From: an uncultured Eubacteriales bacterium
GTDB lineage: Bacteria > Bacillota > Clostridia > TANB77 > CAG-508
Assembly (NCBI GenBank): GCA_949840345.1
Contig: CATKWX010000003.1
Span: forward strand, 23,370 to 87,369
Length of the DNA: 64,000 bases
Direction: 5' to 3'
A model generated the notes under the pieces. The model ran no database searches, was not told where the DNA came from, and worked only from the letters and a program-made list of their open reading frames with translations. The position numbers were made by a program, and so were the translations under genes. Of the stretch, positions 15,001-21,901 are shown in pieces; the stretch's first letter is position 1, and each line of letters begins with the position of its first letter.

Positions 15001-18000
15001 ACAGATGATGGAATTATTGTAGATTTAGCAGAAAAAGTTGAAGGAAATGGACGCATAAGAAATATTGTAATTACAGTAACTGCAGAATCTGAAGGTACAG
15101 CTACATACACTATAAAAGTAATAAGAATGGCAACAAATGCAAGCCTTGAGAAAGTTTTAGTAAATGGAAACGAAATAGAAATGACAGAAGAAAACTTACC
15201 AGAAGGAATTTCAGGAATATTTAATGCAAATGTAAAAGACAGCGATAAACAAGCTATAATAGAAGCAATGTCTGCAAATCCATACGCAACAGTATCTATA
15301 GCAGATACAGATTACACAACAATGAACACTGAACCATCATATGATGAAAAAGGTAAATATGACTTAAGCAAAGCTAGTGGAAGAACAGTAACAATAACAA
15401 TTGTTGTAACACCACAAGATAGCACAAAACCTACAAAGACATATCAATTAGTATTAACAAGAATATATGATAGCACAGTATTAGAAAGTGTTAGTGTAAA
15501 ACCAGCAGTAGACGGAGTAAAAAATAGTGACCCAATAGTTAAGAAGGATAATAATACACATACATTAGATTTTGCTAAAACAGCAAGCAAAGCTAACGAT
15601 AAGAATGTTTACTTTAAATCAGGAAGAATTACTGTTGATACAGATTGGACATCAGTAGCAATAGGAGATTTATTACCACAAGATTTAGCAGATACTGATT
15701 ATATACAACAATATACAATAACAAGAATAAATGGAGAAGATCCATACACAGCAAGCAAAGTTACAGATTACACAATAGATTCAGAATTCGAAATGCCAGA
15801 AGGAACACCTGTATACTTTAAAATAGTAACAAAAGCAGAATCTGGAAGCGAAGGAATCTATGTTGTAGAAGTATATAAAAATGCAACAAATACTACTCTA
15901 ACAAATATAAGAGTAGATGGAAAACTAGCAGTATTAGATGAAGACAGTGGAATTTACAAAGTAAATGTGTCTGTATTAAAAGACAAATTACCTATTGTAA
16001 TAACTGGACAAAACAACCTAAGCAAAGATAAAACAAAATTAAGTAGTATTACTGCAAATGGAGTAGATATAACAAATTTACTTGGACAAAGCAATACTGG
16101 AAGCGGTAAAACAGTACAAATTACATTACGAGATATAGTAAATGAACTAAACAAAAATAAAACAACATGTAGCGATTTAGATGGACTAGATAATAAAGTA
16201 ATTACTGTAGTAATATCAGTAGTTCCAGAGGACACAAGCATAGATGCAAGAGAATATACTGTAGAAATAACAAGACAACATAGTGATGAAACAATTAAAA
16301 ACATAGTATTAAACCAAGGTCAAACAATAGAAATTGAAGGAGTAGAGACATCTGTTGAAAAGATAGTACCTGCAGGATTTAGGTATAAATACTATGGAAC
16401 AGAGTCTAATAGATATAGACTTTATGAACAAGAAATAAAAGTAACATCTAAGTTAGATACAGTAACAATAAATGCAATCAATTTAACTTGTGAATATGCA
16501 ACTGGAACAATGATAGTAGATGGAAAAACATATGAATTACCATTAAAAGAGCCAGTTCCAGTATCATTACCAACAGAAGGATCATCAAAGAGAATTGAAA
16601 TCCACACAGTAGCAGAAGATGGTACTATAAACGAAGACACAGATCCAAAATATATAATCTTAACAAGAATGTATTCAGATGATTCTATTAGAAATATAAT
16701 GGTACAAAGAGAATATATAGCAGTGGATAGCGATGGAGAACCTTTAGAAGATAATCCAAGATATGAAACATATGTAAATGATACAAAAGTAGAAAATGAA
16801 GAAACATATAATATTCGCCAAAATGCAGAAACAACAAAATTAACATTGTATGCAAATAATTCATTAGCTAGAATAAATATGCAACTTGTAGATGTGCTAG
16901 ACAGAGATGGAAATAGCATAAAAACAGATAGTGATATATTAACGTTAAGCTATGTTCAAGGAAGAAATATATATGATCGCTTATACAACATAATGAATAC
17001 AAGAATAGCTAAATTTAATACATCAAATCCACTTGCTAGAACATTTGTAATAAAAGTATCAGTAAAATCTGAAGACCCACAAGTTCCAGCTGAAGTTTAT
17101 ACAATAAATGTGGTAAAACAAGATAATTCAGCTGAAATAAGCAAGGTTGTTGAAGTAAATGATACAGAAATAGACATACCAGTAGATACTGAAAATACTC
17201 ATTACGAATATATCGGAAGCGAACTAGATGATGGCAATATTTATACAAAATATATAACATCTGATATAGAAGAAGTAGTAACAAAAGTATATGCTGAAAG
17301 CAAATTTGCAAAAGTAGAGTTATTCAATACTGATCCAAGAGAAGATACAAGTGCAGAAGCATTTGCAACTGGAACTGGAACAGTAATAGGAAATATAGCA
17401 ACTACTGAAGGTTGGACAAGAGTATTTGTAAAAATCACAGCAGAAGATAGATTAACAAATAACATATACGAAGTATGGTTCATTAAGAAATCTGAAACTG
17501 ATGATGTATCAATAAAAGAATTATATGTTGACGGAGAGGCAATTCCAGCAAGAGAAGATGGAAACTATGAAATAGAAATTCCAGATACATTAACAGAAAT
17601 TACTGTAAAAATGATACCAAATTATGAATTTGCAAATGTATCTATAAATGGACAACCATTTACATGGCAAGAAGCAGAAGAAATAATTAATGAATATACT
17701 CTAAAAGGTGAAAACGTAGAAATTAAGTTACAAGTAAATATTCCAGAGCAACAAAGTACATCTGGTAAAGCCATAAATAATACAAAATTCTTGTACATTC
17801 ATAGAGTATCTACAAGTAACGAAATTGAAGAAATAACAACAGATAATAATAGAGATAGCATTACACCAGGAGGCTCACCACAATTTAATGATGCAACAGG
17901 AATTAATGACACATACGTAGTTAACCTTTATGGAGATAGAGAATTCGTAGACTTAAGAATAGTACCAGTAAGTCTTGGAGCAACTCTAACCTTATACGAT

Positions 18001-21000
18001 CTAGATGGAAATGAATTAACTTCAAGTAAAGGAACATTATTCTATGAAAATATAGAAGTTAATTCAGAAGATACAATAACATTTAAAGTAAAAGTAGCTC
18101 CAGAACAAGGCGAAGCTAAAGAGTATTATATAAATATAGTTCCAAAAGCAAGTCAAGCAGAATTAATGCAAATAATTGTTGATAGTAATATTATAGATGT
18201 TACTCCAGGGGTATATGAATATCCAGTATACGATTTAACATTACCAGAAATTGGAGCTATAGAAGCAATAGCGGAAGATTCACAAGCTTTAGTAAACATT
18301 TATACGAAAGAACATCCAGCAGGAATAGGAGATACTTTAGGAAGTGCTATAGTAAGTGATGTAAACTTCGAGCAAGCAATTATTGTACAAATAACAGTAA
18401 TGTCACCTAATAGAAAGAATCAAAATACTTACAAACTATACTTTAAAGATGTATCTGATGATACTACATTAAAAGAAGTAAGCTATAATACTACAGGAAA
18501 CGAGGCAGATAAAGTTATAGTAGAAATGACTGAATCAAGCGATCCAAGCTTTGCAGGCGAATACATAATAAAATTAGAACCAGAGGCACAAACCATCAAT
18601 ATAGGAATGATTGCAAATGCAGAATTAACAACTATAGCTGTAGAAGAATTAGAAAAGGAACATTCACTTGAATTATCTAAAGATGTAAGTTCAATGACAG
18701 AAGATATCGTAATATATGTACTTACTACAGCAGAGAGTGATAGTCAATCAGTGTATAAAGTAATAATTAAAAAACCTATATCAATTACAGGAAAAGTAGT
18801 AACAGAAAGCGATTCAGGTAACTATTCAAATGTACCAGTTCAAATACTAGATAGTGCAAATGTAGAAATTGCAACAACTTTAACTAATTCAGATGGGACA
18901 TTTGAAGTTAGTGTACCAGAAGGTGAAGGATACAGTGTAGTAATTAAAAAACCAGGATACTTAAGATATACAATAACTGATATCCCAGTAGTTTATGGAG
19001 TAAGAACATATGTAGGAATCGCAAACTTAATAGCTGGAGAAGTAGCAGGAAATGATGAACATATTGAATTAAGAGACATGGTACAACTTAACAAAAAAGT
19101 AAGAAATGCAGGTTCAGTAGAAGCAGATTCTCCAGATAAAATATACGATTTTGATGAAAATGGATATATTGAACAAAAAGATTTAGCTATTCTACTTAAA
19201 AATTATGACAAAACTGCTCAAAAAGATTCAACATTTACATATACAAGATATATAAATGTAAAAGGATTAGTAATAGACAAAACTGGAGCAATAGTTCAAG
19301 ACGCAACAATAGAATTAGGAAACAGAGCAACTACAAGTAAATCTGGAGAATTCGATGTAGAAGACATTAAAGTGGGAGACTATACTCTAACTGTAAAAGA
19401 TTCAAACGGAAATATAATAGGACAAAATGATATATCTATAGTTGAAGGTAACGAGTATACAATAAAAGATAATACTATTACAATAGCAGCAAACACATCA
19501 GTAGTAGATTTACAAGTAATAGTAAATGGGACAAAAGCAATAATATCAAAACGTGGAGAAGAATCAGATATTGATATGATAGAGCCAAAAGCAACTATGG
19601 AAGAAAATGCAGTAGAGTTTGTAGATGATGAAATAAAAGTAACTGTAACAGGTGAAGACCAAAACTTATCTAGCTTCGAATTATACACAACAGACGAAAA
19701 TGGTGAAAATGCTACACTGATAGCAAGCAAGACTGTATCAGGAGTAAAATCATATACAACTACATTAGAAGGTAAAGTAGAAACAGAATTTAACAAACTT
19801 CACTATATAAAAGTAGTTGTAAGAGATAAGTCAGGAAATGCAACAGAACTATCATCAAAAGTAACTGATAATACAATTAGAACAGAAGAAGATTTAGTAA
19901 CATTTAGTAATATAGTAAATGGTCAAAATGGTGAAACTAGAAAGAAATATACAAAAGAGACAGTAACATTAGGAAGAGATTTAGATTTATCAACAACTAG
20001 ATTTAATCCAATTGGAATGAGTGGACTAAAGGTATTTGAGGGAACATTCGATGGTAAAGGACATACAATTTCTAATATAAATATAGATAGTACTAATAAT
20101 TATGTTGGATTATTTGGATATGTAAAAAATGCAACAATTAAGAATGTAGGAATTGAAAGTGGAAGCATAAATAGCAGTAAAAATAGTGTTGGTGGAATTG
20201 TAGGTTATGCTATAGGAACTATAACAATAGAAAATTGTTACAATAAGGCAAACATAAGTGGAACATCTAAAGTAGGAGGAATCATAGGTTCTTCAGATGA
20301 TACAATAACAATTGAAAACTGCTACAATGCAGGAAATGTTACAGGAACATCTAAAGTGGGAGGAATTGTAGGCGAATTAAATAAAGGAAAAATAAACAAA
20401 TGCTACAATATAGGAACAATAGAAGGAACATCAATTGCGGGAGAAATCGCTGGATTCCAAAAGGTAACATTAGAAAATGATAATGTAAAAACAGCTCAAA
20501 TAACAAACTCTTATTATTCAAATACAGTAGGAAAAGGAATTGGAGAAATAGGAACAGTTGAAGGTTCTGAGATAATAGATACAACTGAAGCTATAACAGA
20601 CGTGGATACATTATTAACAAACTTAGGAGATGCATTTAAAGCAGATTCAGATGGAATAAACAAGAATTACCCAATACTAGTTTGGGAAAAACAAGCAGAA
20701 CCAGAAGTAGCAGTAATGAAATTAAGCAAACCAGTAGCTTCTGAATATATCTTACCAGTTACAACAGATTATACAATCACATCAGAATTTGGTGTAAGAG
20801 TACATCCAGTAACAGGGGAAACCAGCAAAATGCATTATGGAATTGATATAGCAGCTGAGTGGAAATCAGAAGTTATAGCAATAGAGGAAGGTACAGTAAC
20901 ATTTGCAGGTGAAAACGGAGGATATGGATACTGTATAGAAATAGAACACGAAATAAATGGCGAAAAAGTATACAGTGTATATGCCCACCTATTTAGGATA

Positions 21001-21174
21001 GATGTAGAAGTTGGAGATACAGTAACTAAAGGACAAACAATAGGTAAGGTTGGAGGAATGCCGGGTACAGAAGGTGCCGGAACATCAACAGGACCACATC
21101 TACACTTAGAAACAAGAAAACAATCAGGATCATACGCATCAGCCGTAGACCCAAGAAACTATTTAGAATTCTAA
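1..21174 (+). CDS. Giant secreted/surface multidomain protein (>7050 aa, 5' end outside window). RCC1-like beta-propeller blades, Big_2 Ig-like domains, long array of cadherin-like beta-sandwich repeats, CarboxypepD_reg-like domain, one dockerin/EF-hand-like Ca-binding segment, GLUG-type beta-helix repeats, C-terminal M23 (LytM) peptidase.
   Basis: Frame 1 is open from nt 1 (no stop before 91) to TAA at 21172-21174. Many WGxNxxGQLG RCC1 motifs in the first ~8 kb. Cadherin-like ~90-aa repeats run from ~8.5 to 18.7 kb. The M23 motifs HYGIDIA...HLHLE are encoded at ~20.78-21.12 kb. Hairpin terminator directly downstream. Confidence 0.9.
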   Translation, partial: NGNHIQLSNVVQVAAGEFHAVALTANGKVYMWGYNYYGQAGSVTKRTELYPQLISMPNNVTIKEIGAGKDYTVMVTTAGKVLGIGDSAYGQLGYKNSLQFTSIREIEENKSEKELPIIEKISAGMRHVVALDSNGQVWLWGLDAGNAFDFTPIYQTTLNGLEVGEKIQEIEAGHGGRTMALSSNGKVYTWELGDIGPIEPMNLDNVQVRTDKEKDNIAIVGTAYYVVSTDNKVYGWGYNQFGQLGIGNTNSPINVPTELVIDDAVKNKEIDKVSSYSAGYYYYGPAEYAINSDGYVLGWGEAGTDIIDPNYTDGSNNFKLLGDGTRYTANYIGSISVKNIVGDDIVLDITAQGLQAGKDSKNVLDVLDNGGYVTGGRVNLYNSSISENSKDSLTIKSVDETIASYDEKTGILVGKQQGRTLVEVVTSKNTIYLNVEVIGDNVAFAKVETKDNFTVALKADGTVWAWGYNSNLGIIDSEHSNYTGIIVPTQVKGLENVKDIAVGTNFVLVLKTDGTVWAWGANNYGQLGNGTIDTSSYASILTTEPKLTQVKRYQLDKVTTDEKITMPTPTVKDDSGENVIYAYTENGVEKECYLNDAKDTYTDINGNIVIKKDTDGILYKWENGAFKTQPVTRDVLGNYKLENITSISAGENYSLALDSNGKVWSWGYNGHRELGLGNTTSNETRAKEVNLSNLSNEESIKQIEAGKYTSYILTNVGNVYAFGYNGNHQCATAGNFYIPTKASALNKIIKISTSVAGNGSAFALTVNGQVYAFGYGYNYPTMLGLDKVVDISGASGNNGAIAKFSDGTIGYWTSGNVNNSTITKLKAEDGTDFNNVMLIDAGSNYYTVVKSDGTVWTVGSNSSYGQLGNRTTLSTAIPTLKCISYPYLTLDKNEVTLSIGQTSNINAKYSYGFNLLNTEKDIDVTYTSKDENIATVSGNTILAKQAGTTYVTVENQDTGAKLRVKVNVLANDEVTMPNISVGYTHTVAVKTDGTVWGWGQNSYGELGQTSNNPVKTPEKLAIDVKVKDVAAGLNETLMVTEDGKVLAMGYNNYGLGDNANTTSNKPVIVKTQVVDENGNVSYVDLENIVKVTTFDNINLALDNTGKLYAWGYNGSGYAKVVNTFGLEVRDISERLILTEDGKVWEYDNSNRITFKDGLENIVQVSSSAYSKNATYGYYIALDAEGNVYTWTKNNNSTNLVSGTETTIPTKVTFAEGVNIVDIEAGVRVAYAKDELGNVYTWGRSAIAGTLGLGSSIGSVTAPTKIETLANIEVMAASKYSSSYNRTFVSTNIGTVYGFGRNSNYSLLGNIDTTSYYYEPVQVGQSYLGFIDENGNEITRVSIEKGKTATVETSMIDSFNIRNRKSSSTDSNCTWRVINSDLLSILGGDRKENTITANNILGEAVVIAEEIDEEGNKTGVYAKLYVDVVETATLVTPKMESVGNHTIALKADGTVWAWGNNVNYGNSGTIVEPTQVRIAKQVEVVEPQAKTNTDGTPKVDDNGTQIYAYMNNGVEVECYKVGNNYTDLSGKFVIRQDSKDNKLYAWDAEQNKFALEDLVDKNGEKIVVVDIATSNNHTLLLTNTGDVYSFGYNYYGQLGYSTSSNYSYLPIKVTDLRDIVKIAVGDNYSLAMDKYGTLWAFGYQRYYKNRVYHTSINTTVPKQITKLENVDLSENLKNAIDITNEYIVTKDGKVFTIGLYNKTLTAGQQVPGITGSVIKATRTSSSGNGHTAFLTEDGEVFTIGRGTSGQLGNDIYSNSNNTAVQVLYGEENSKLTNIRDINVGENHTMAIGKDGTLYTWGYNGSGELRNSTVEAGVNTARAFEVKSDEKIKDIILVSGGDGFTVVADSTGYAFAWGRGEIGQLGNRLAITSYNAVRVGTEGATLSTNHITLQENGDSVKVTGVSKLLNVLYEQGIDVESATSNDISITTTVVNKDTDEITIRPVKAGTASVTVRTKSAMGKDFENIIQVTVLPEVAEIADDIKLPSDRIIMPMTVSGKAHTLILKSDGTVWAYGDNRYGQTGAKVNYSDKATKVEFPVGTASIIAIAAGDEFSVALDAGGNVWTWGYNANGRLGTGTADSSVHAEPTKVLSNIVKIDAGLSEVIALDKNGYAYTWGKNNGGSLGIIGTNADQYSPVRINNIAGIIDVAAGEYHAMILTSDGTVYTTGRNTSGQLGRDVQKSEYFEKVELGAKIAYIEAGNRSSAAIDVSGRLWVWGENSNGQLGLGINDNRVNEPRLVTTIKEIVQNASIGENHIHVVTNTGRLYVAGSNNRGQLGIGKSIDKINTFRQVTSLGTSVMNSNAGTTYSTVIKKDGTVFGFGDYDITRTNFTDSYEPVMITNTTLYLDEQEVVVNIDGTHTINANGQYKLNVLRKDNSDLTYSTANKDIATVDNSGVITGVSVGTTIINVEDKNEGKTKSVIVKVIPKDAVQAPAIEGGDKFTIVTNASGESYSFGTNDNIAKTNIPSLLNNSLSFNRIKAGRDFVVGINKDKTVWVLGDNTNHQLGLEGIDATDKMTVLNTNNINNLVQIDAGETQVIALDEFGIVYVWGDTVEIPTAIRPVNNRVISVSAGGNYSAIADIEGNAYILSNGIATKINGIENAIKVATGSEYTMVLTSEGTVYKVLNLAPTVYSELTGLGKVVDISVNSDSFMCLNSDKELYTFGNNANGQLGLESANNKVNNPRKAAEDVFTMGAGYNNTYYINTNGDVLSAGLNTSGELGNGTSAKIDAITYKSSNKYVKVGDQEFELDPKAVRVAPDWKVLVGEKDLKDRAEKEEKTKASTIKEKSNFNVFGNGTFDLDKYEFEISNTQIAEITDEKVLEITAKNLGKTVLKITNKVTKEEKELTIKVVTEDLLRIENMFINDTLQDFIAEPDENVDNKFVVNVEGSNPTGTLNIELEFNDTVQVEDEDGNILTATFNSDKNIWQVEGLDLTKSVQELKITLTADDGSKYEFILLIYNELIVKVNDVMLSAKDVLNKETLKTEKVFTKYVDPKSNTAKVEISIDNIENKIQLETTDGTVIKTTNPGEVFEMADLSLPNVDNRFIVKILNANGKAEKQYVLRISKSSIEAIKIKDMSEIKTTDRVLGEDGSVYLQEFNAQILDKNKLANITIELENKDIAKIEIDGVDKTSDISNSKLVISKELEEDESKTTDVVVKVTTNEGYTEDYIIKVSTISSNNNIDVIKLIDIGGISRDPIVESREVPGNILEIVLHDKTAELDKTIGIIPLTESKKATISFNGGLTFMKQGRDVGLEPKKVTDNKYEVPVIVKAENGDTKAYTLYIYKESENTEIEVLKVTGTPSNYESTATRTKGTNNYIGKVVKTDTGYTLSIDLVDEYSIIESITVNDEELTGLTGSQGKYTIDIDSDKVGETIKIKVKAEYGNTDTYALVLKEMDDNAEFDSVKIDATIYNELETVTEINAKVKSTEDGKLTVKAESEYATVRVYEADPRIDNTVKPIAEGTEEVELTIPFNGARTKTLYLEVTSEDGQNKTIKVLNATKTTDNTNVTSVTVDGDLATLDAKDASKTTYTIDVSESTTNATIVVTAEDANSTVQIDSASGKGKVEITTDISNANEVKFTVTSEEGTKKNYTLKLNKLSADTSFTKELQNSEGGVVASNSEFVQDATDKLKYKVEVLDNLGDIKLVIKPNDSKTTVVIKDKDGNVIPNGVIPSDISQDITVEMTSEDGNTTTYTIQVVSKHHMIQSASVTGNTTNAKTISLTAEDIAKLYKVVRVHPDSTQASIYVEVNSSYSLTGVNANVAYIDKDGNPLHDDLKDEDITASVTGTVSSNRSSTFNVNLLSEKATVQVTLTISTGETQVLTLDIVKGSTEAKLNYVELVGSTLGEKKKATYGDADTTKEIVMTSKDSKFTMEAVAKNNGTVKIYKLEDPEQDFQTVDLATLTEITNKSEVTLSTEDSLYVIEVTSEFDNNKARYLVNTRKQHSDASLVNLTLTVGNAEKGDTVKHLGDFGKFTYDKATDTYKLTAGVPEKMDSLTISELVADSKAKIEWTDIGGTEYAEYKDKDIKELSQADLIGNIEKHIKIKVTAENGTVKNYDITLKTINPNMTVGDITLYNVTDQKNVDIENKNDKNKTAKILQSVNDVTVKGIATNGAVSLKVLSINGHKINEEVATDPEFVMNENALDISVVGPYTYIDEEGNTQTISGDEIQTIVVERQVKSEGKHLYPAYYEDEEIKTDTLTITKLMTDANIKVTYLDDGTPNTITSTNFGGVKVDKDTGDKVREATVYLASAQTSVVINNITADNKHVKVSHRGNGDTYTLYKAAAPYTRDFSVDDKATITEEIEVTTDVEENDITYRIKFVKKSANNNINTVTVNTDQAQKVADRDEFTHAILSSTNKLEVGITDIEKNATVKMYISAINNIGVTTSDKAVTYSDVREKEELKDATKDLYAQLLNALTQTNIERKDLNKITVKIEVQAEDSDVTLRTYTLNIEVQNSNLVSINGIDLNGNIKKTSQLLGGDFSVGSNPYKTPIIKVASSVSTVELTDITCTGDETAILTDGLGNVLKNKSLTVNVSDTGVTEAKIIVTLNGVKQEFVVRIQKKSTDVAIKEISADLDKTSATSQTTGSYELNVRSTVDPEVKVTLNDTGAKVKKAVSNVAGVNVSTIKNNTFTVSGIAEGTHKDPSAIAKQIGITITVEAEDGNTQDYVIMLNRKHTETGLGVVAVEESFVGDNVPPINFTNVSTINRTISSSTNGITIKKAQAKCNLAKVYVLNDAGEKREIGEIGLHIDITAGTTKSIKLLVVAEYGNERTYTLNVRRQSANTNLSGVTVTSGGKAKQDTVKPYEIDINVSDNPAIVIAPSDSNAKVTGIKVYRQGESNTVNIANISSIVNGTTFSITDLSKLYTDDDTEDASDDLNRYITVEVEITAEDTNVKATHIITLNRRHIETGLQDISYEYEQTVEKEVAVEPTEGETTEGETTKVTVTETVEGTAKLSTTETKEIFVSSTTESIAFAKFVPACKEAEKVEITVDGEKVTQTDDGIIVDLAEKVEGNGRIRNIVITVTAESEGTATYTIKVIRMATNASLEKVLVNGNEIEMTEENLPEGISGIFNANVKDSDKQAIIEAMSANPYATVSIADTDYTTMNTEPSYDEKGKYDLSKASGRTVTITIVVTPQDSTKPTKTYQLVLTRIYDSTVLESVSVKPAVDGVKNSDPIVKKDNNTHTLDFAKTASKANDKNVYFKSGRITVDTDWTSVAIGDLLPQDLADTDYIQQYTITRINGEDPYTASKVTDYTIDSEFEMPEGTPVYFKIVTKAESGSEGIYVVEVYKNATNTTLTNIRVDGKLAVLDEDSGIYKVNVSVLKDKLPIVITGQNNLSKDKTKLSSITANGVDITNLLGQSNTGSGKTVQITLRDIVNELNKNKTTCSDLDGLDNKVITVVISVVPEDTSIDAREYTVEITRQHSDETIKNIVLNQGQTIEIEGVETSVEKIVPAGFRYKYYGTESNRYRLYEQEIKVTSKLDTVTINAINLTCEYATGTMIVDGKTYELPLKEPVPVSLPTEGSSKRIEIHTVAEDGTINEDTDPKYIILTRMYSDDSIRNIMVQREYIAVDSDGEPLEDNPRYETYVNDTKVENEETYNIRQNAETTKLTLYANNSLARINMQLVDVLDRDGNSIKTDSDILTLSYVQGRNIYDRLYNIMNTRIAKFNTSNPLARTFVIKVSVKSEDPQVPAEVYTINVVKQDNSAEISKVVEVNDTEIDIPVDTENTHYEYIGSELDDGNIYTKYITSDIEEVVTKVYAESKFAKVELFNTDPREDTSAEAFATGTGTVIGNIATTEGWTRVFVKITAEDRLTNNIYEVWFIKKSETDDVSIKELYVDGEAIPAREDGNYEIEIPDTLTEITVKMIPNYEFANVSINGQPFTWQEAEEIINEYTLKGENVEIKLQVNIPEQQSTSGKAINNTKFLYIHRVSTSNEIEEITTDNNRDSITPGGSPQFNDATGINDTYVVNLYGDREFVDLRIVPVSLGATLTLYDLDGNELTSSKGTLFYENIEVNSEDTITFKVKVAPEQGEAKEYYINIVPKASQAELMQIIVDSNIIDVTPGVYEYPVYDLTLPEIGAIEAIAEDSQALVNIYTKEHPAGIGDTLGSAIVSDVNFEQAIIVQITVMSPNRKNQNTYKLYFKDVSDDTTLKEVSYNTTGNEADKVIVEMTESSDPSFAGEYIIKLEPEAQTINIGMIANAELTTIAVEELEKEHSLELSKDVSSMTEDIVIYVLTTAESDSQSVYKVIIKKPISITGKVVTESDSGNYSNVPVQILDSANVEIATTLTNSDGTFEVSVPEGEGYSVVIKKPGYLRYTITDIPVVYGVRTYVGIANLIAGEVAGNDEHIELRDMVQLNKKVRNAGSVEADSPDKIYDFDENGYIEQKDLAILLKNYDKTAQKDSTFTYTRYINVKGLVIDKTGAIVQDATIELGNRATTSKSGEFDVEDIKVGDYTLTVKDSNGNIIGQNDISIVEGNEYTIKDNTITIAANTSVVDLQVIVNGTKAIISKRGEESDIDMIEPKATMEENAVEFVDDEIKVTVTGEDQNLSSFELYTTDENGENATLIASKTVSGVKSYTTTLEGKVETEFNKLHYIKVVVRDKSGNATELSSKVTDNTIRTEEDLVTFSNIVNGQNGETRKKYTKETVTLGRDLDLSTTRFNPIGMSGLKVFEGTFDGKGHTISNINIDSTNNYVGLFGYVKNATIKNVGIESGSINSSKNSVGGIVGYAIGTITIENCYNKANISGTSKVGGIIGSSDDTITIENCYNAGNVTGTSKVGGIVGELNKGKINKCYNIGTIEGTSIAGEIAGFQKVTLENDNVKTAQITNSYYSNTVGKGIGEIGTVEGSEIIDTTEAITDVDTLLTNLGDAFKADSDGINKNYPILVWEKQAEPEVAVMKLSKPVASEYILPVTTDYTITSEFGVRVHPVTGETSKMHYGIDIAAEWKSEVIAIEEGTVTFAGENGGYGYCIEIEHEINGEKVYSVYAHLFRIDVEVGDTVTKGQTIGKVGGMPGTEGAGTSTGPHLHLETRKQSGSYASAVDPRNYLEF

Positions 21175-21183
21175 AATAATTTA

Positions 21184-21226
21184 TAAGAAAATAGAATGTG
21201 TAAAAGCACATTCTATTTTTTGTGGT
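21184..21226 (+). terminator. Rho-independent terminator of the giant gene
   Basis: 10-bp stem atagaatgtg/cacattctat, loop taaaagc, followed by TTTTTTG. Confidence 0.7.
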
Positions 21227-21251
21227 ATAGGAGAAAGCGAATTTTTGCTTG

Positions 21252-21360
21252 ATATATTGCGGGCGGATTTTGGGGCTCGCTTGCAAATGAATAGTGAAGA
21301 ATACAAAATTCTTCGAATTTTGATGTAGGGGCGGGACTCGTGTCCGCCCGCAAATAAATA
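21252..21360. repeat. GC-rich REP/BIME-like element cluster R1 (GTAGGGG head plus palindrome gggcgggac-tcgt-gtccgccc; module aatgaatagtgaagaatacaaaattcttcgaattttga)
   Basis: GC-rich imperfect palindromes in AT-rich DNA. Shares modules with 15 other clusters in this window. Confidence 0.75.
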
Positions 21361-21638
21361 TTACAAAAAATCAAAAATATATTTACAAATAAAACATATT
21401 AGTATATATCAAACTCGCTTCGCGAGAGTGAAGAAATAAGAGTGAATAATTAAGAATGATGGAGAATGTGTAAGAGTATAAATCAATAGCGAGTTTGTAC
21501 TCTTAACTTTTAAATATTCACTATTAATTTTTCACTAAATCTATTTACATTTAAAATATATTAATATATAGTATATAATATAAACAAAACCAAAGGAGAA
21601 AACTCAATTATGGCAAACGCTAAAACCCTTGATACTGT

Positions 21639-21652
21639 ACACACACACACAC
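21639..21652. repeat. (AC)7 dinucleotide microsatellite
   Basis: acacacacacacac lies inside a 17-codon ORF MANAKTLDTVHTHTHIM (21610-21663) that has an upstream GGAG. Confidence 0.8.
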
Positions 21653-21765
21653 ACATTATGTAGCCTAGTAAACCCAAAAAAATTATATAAAACATAGATA
21701 AACACGTAAAACCTATGTGTATTTTTAATACACATAAGATTTACGTGTTTTTTTGCTGTGCCGAA

Positions 21766-21890
21766 AACATATTACACATTGTAGGGCGGACGGCTCTGTC
21801 TGCCTGTTCTTCGGAGGCATACCCTAACAAAATATTAATGAATAATGAAGAATGAATAGTGAAAAATACAAAATTCTTCGAATTTTGAAG
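21766..21890. repeat. REP/BIME-like element cluster R2 (gtagggcggac-ggctct-gtctgcc hairpin plus aatgaatagtgaaaaatacaaaattcttcgaattttga module). Supplies the RBS of the next gene.
   Basis: Module identical to R1. Ends in gaaggaggaaaccca immediately before ATG 21902. Confidence 0.7.
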
Positions 21891-21901
21891 GAGGAAACCC
21901 A

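Noticed and set aside
953-20584. Numerous minus-strand ORFs of 60-449 aa inside the giant gene (for example 8100..9449)
   Set aside because: They are antisense to a continuous 21-kb coding frame. Their Leu/Phe/Ser-rich, low-complexity translations are typical of the reverse strand of AT-rich repetitive coding DNA, and none has an RBS.
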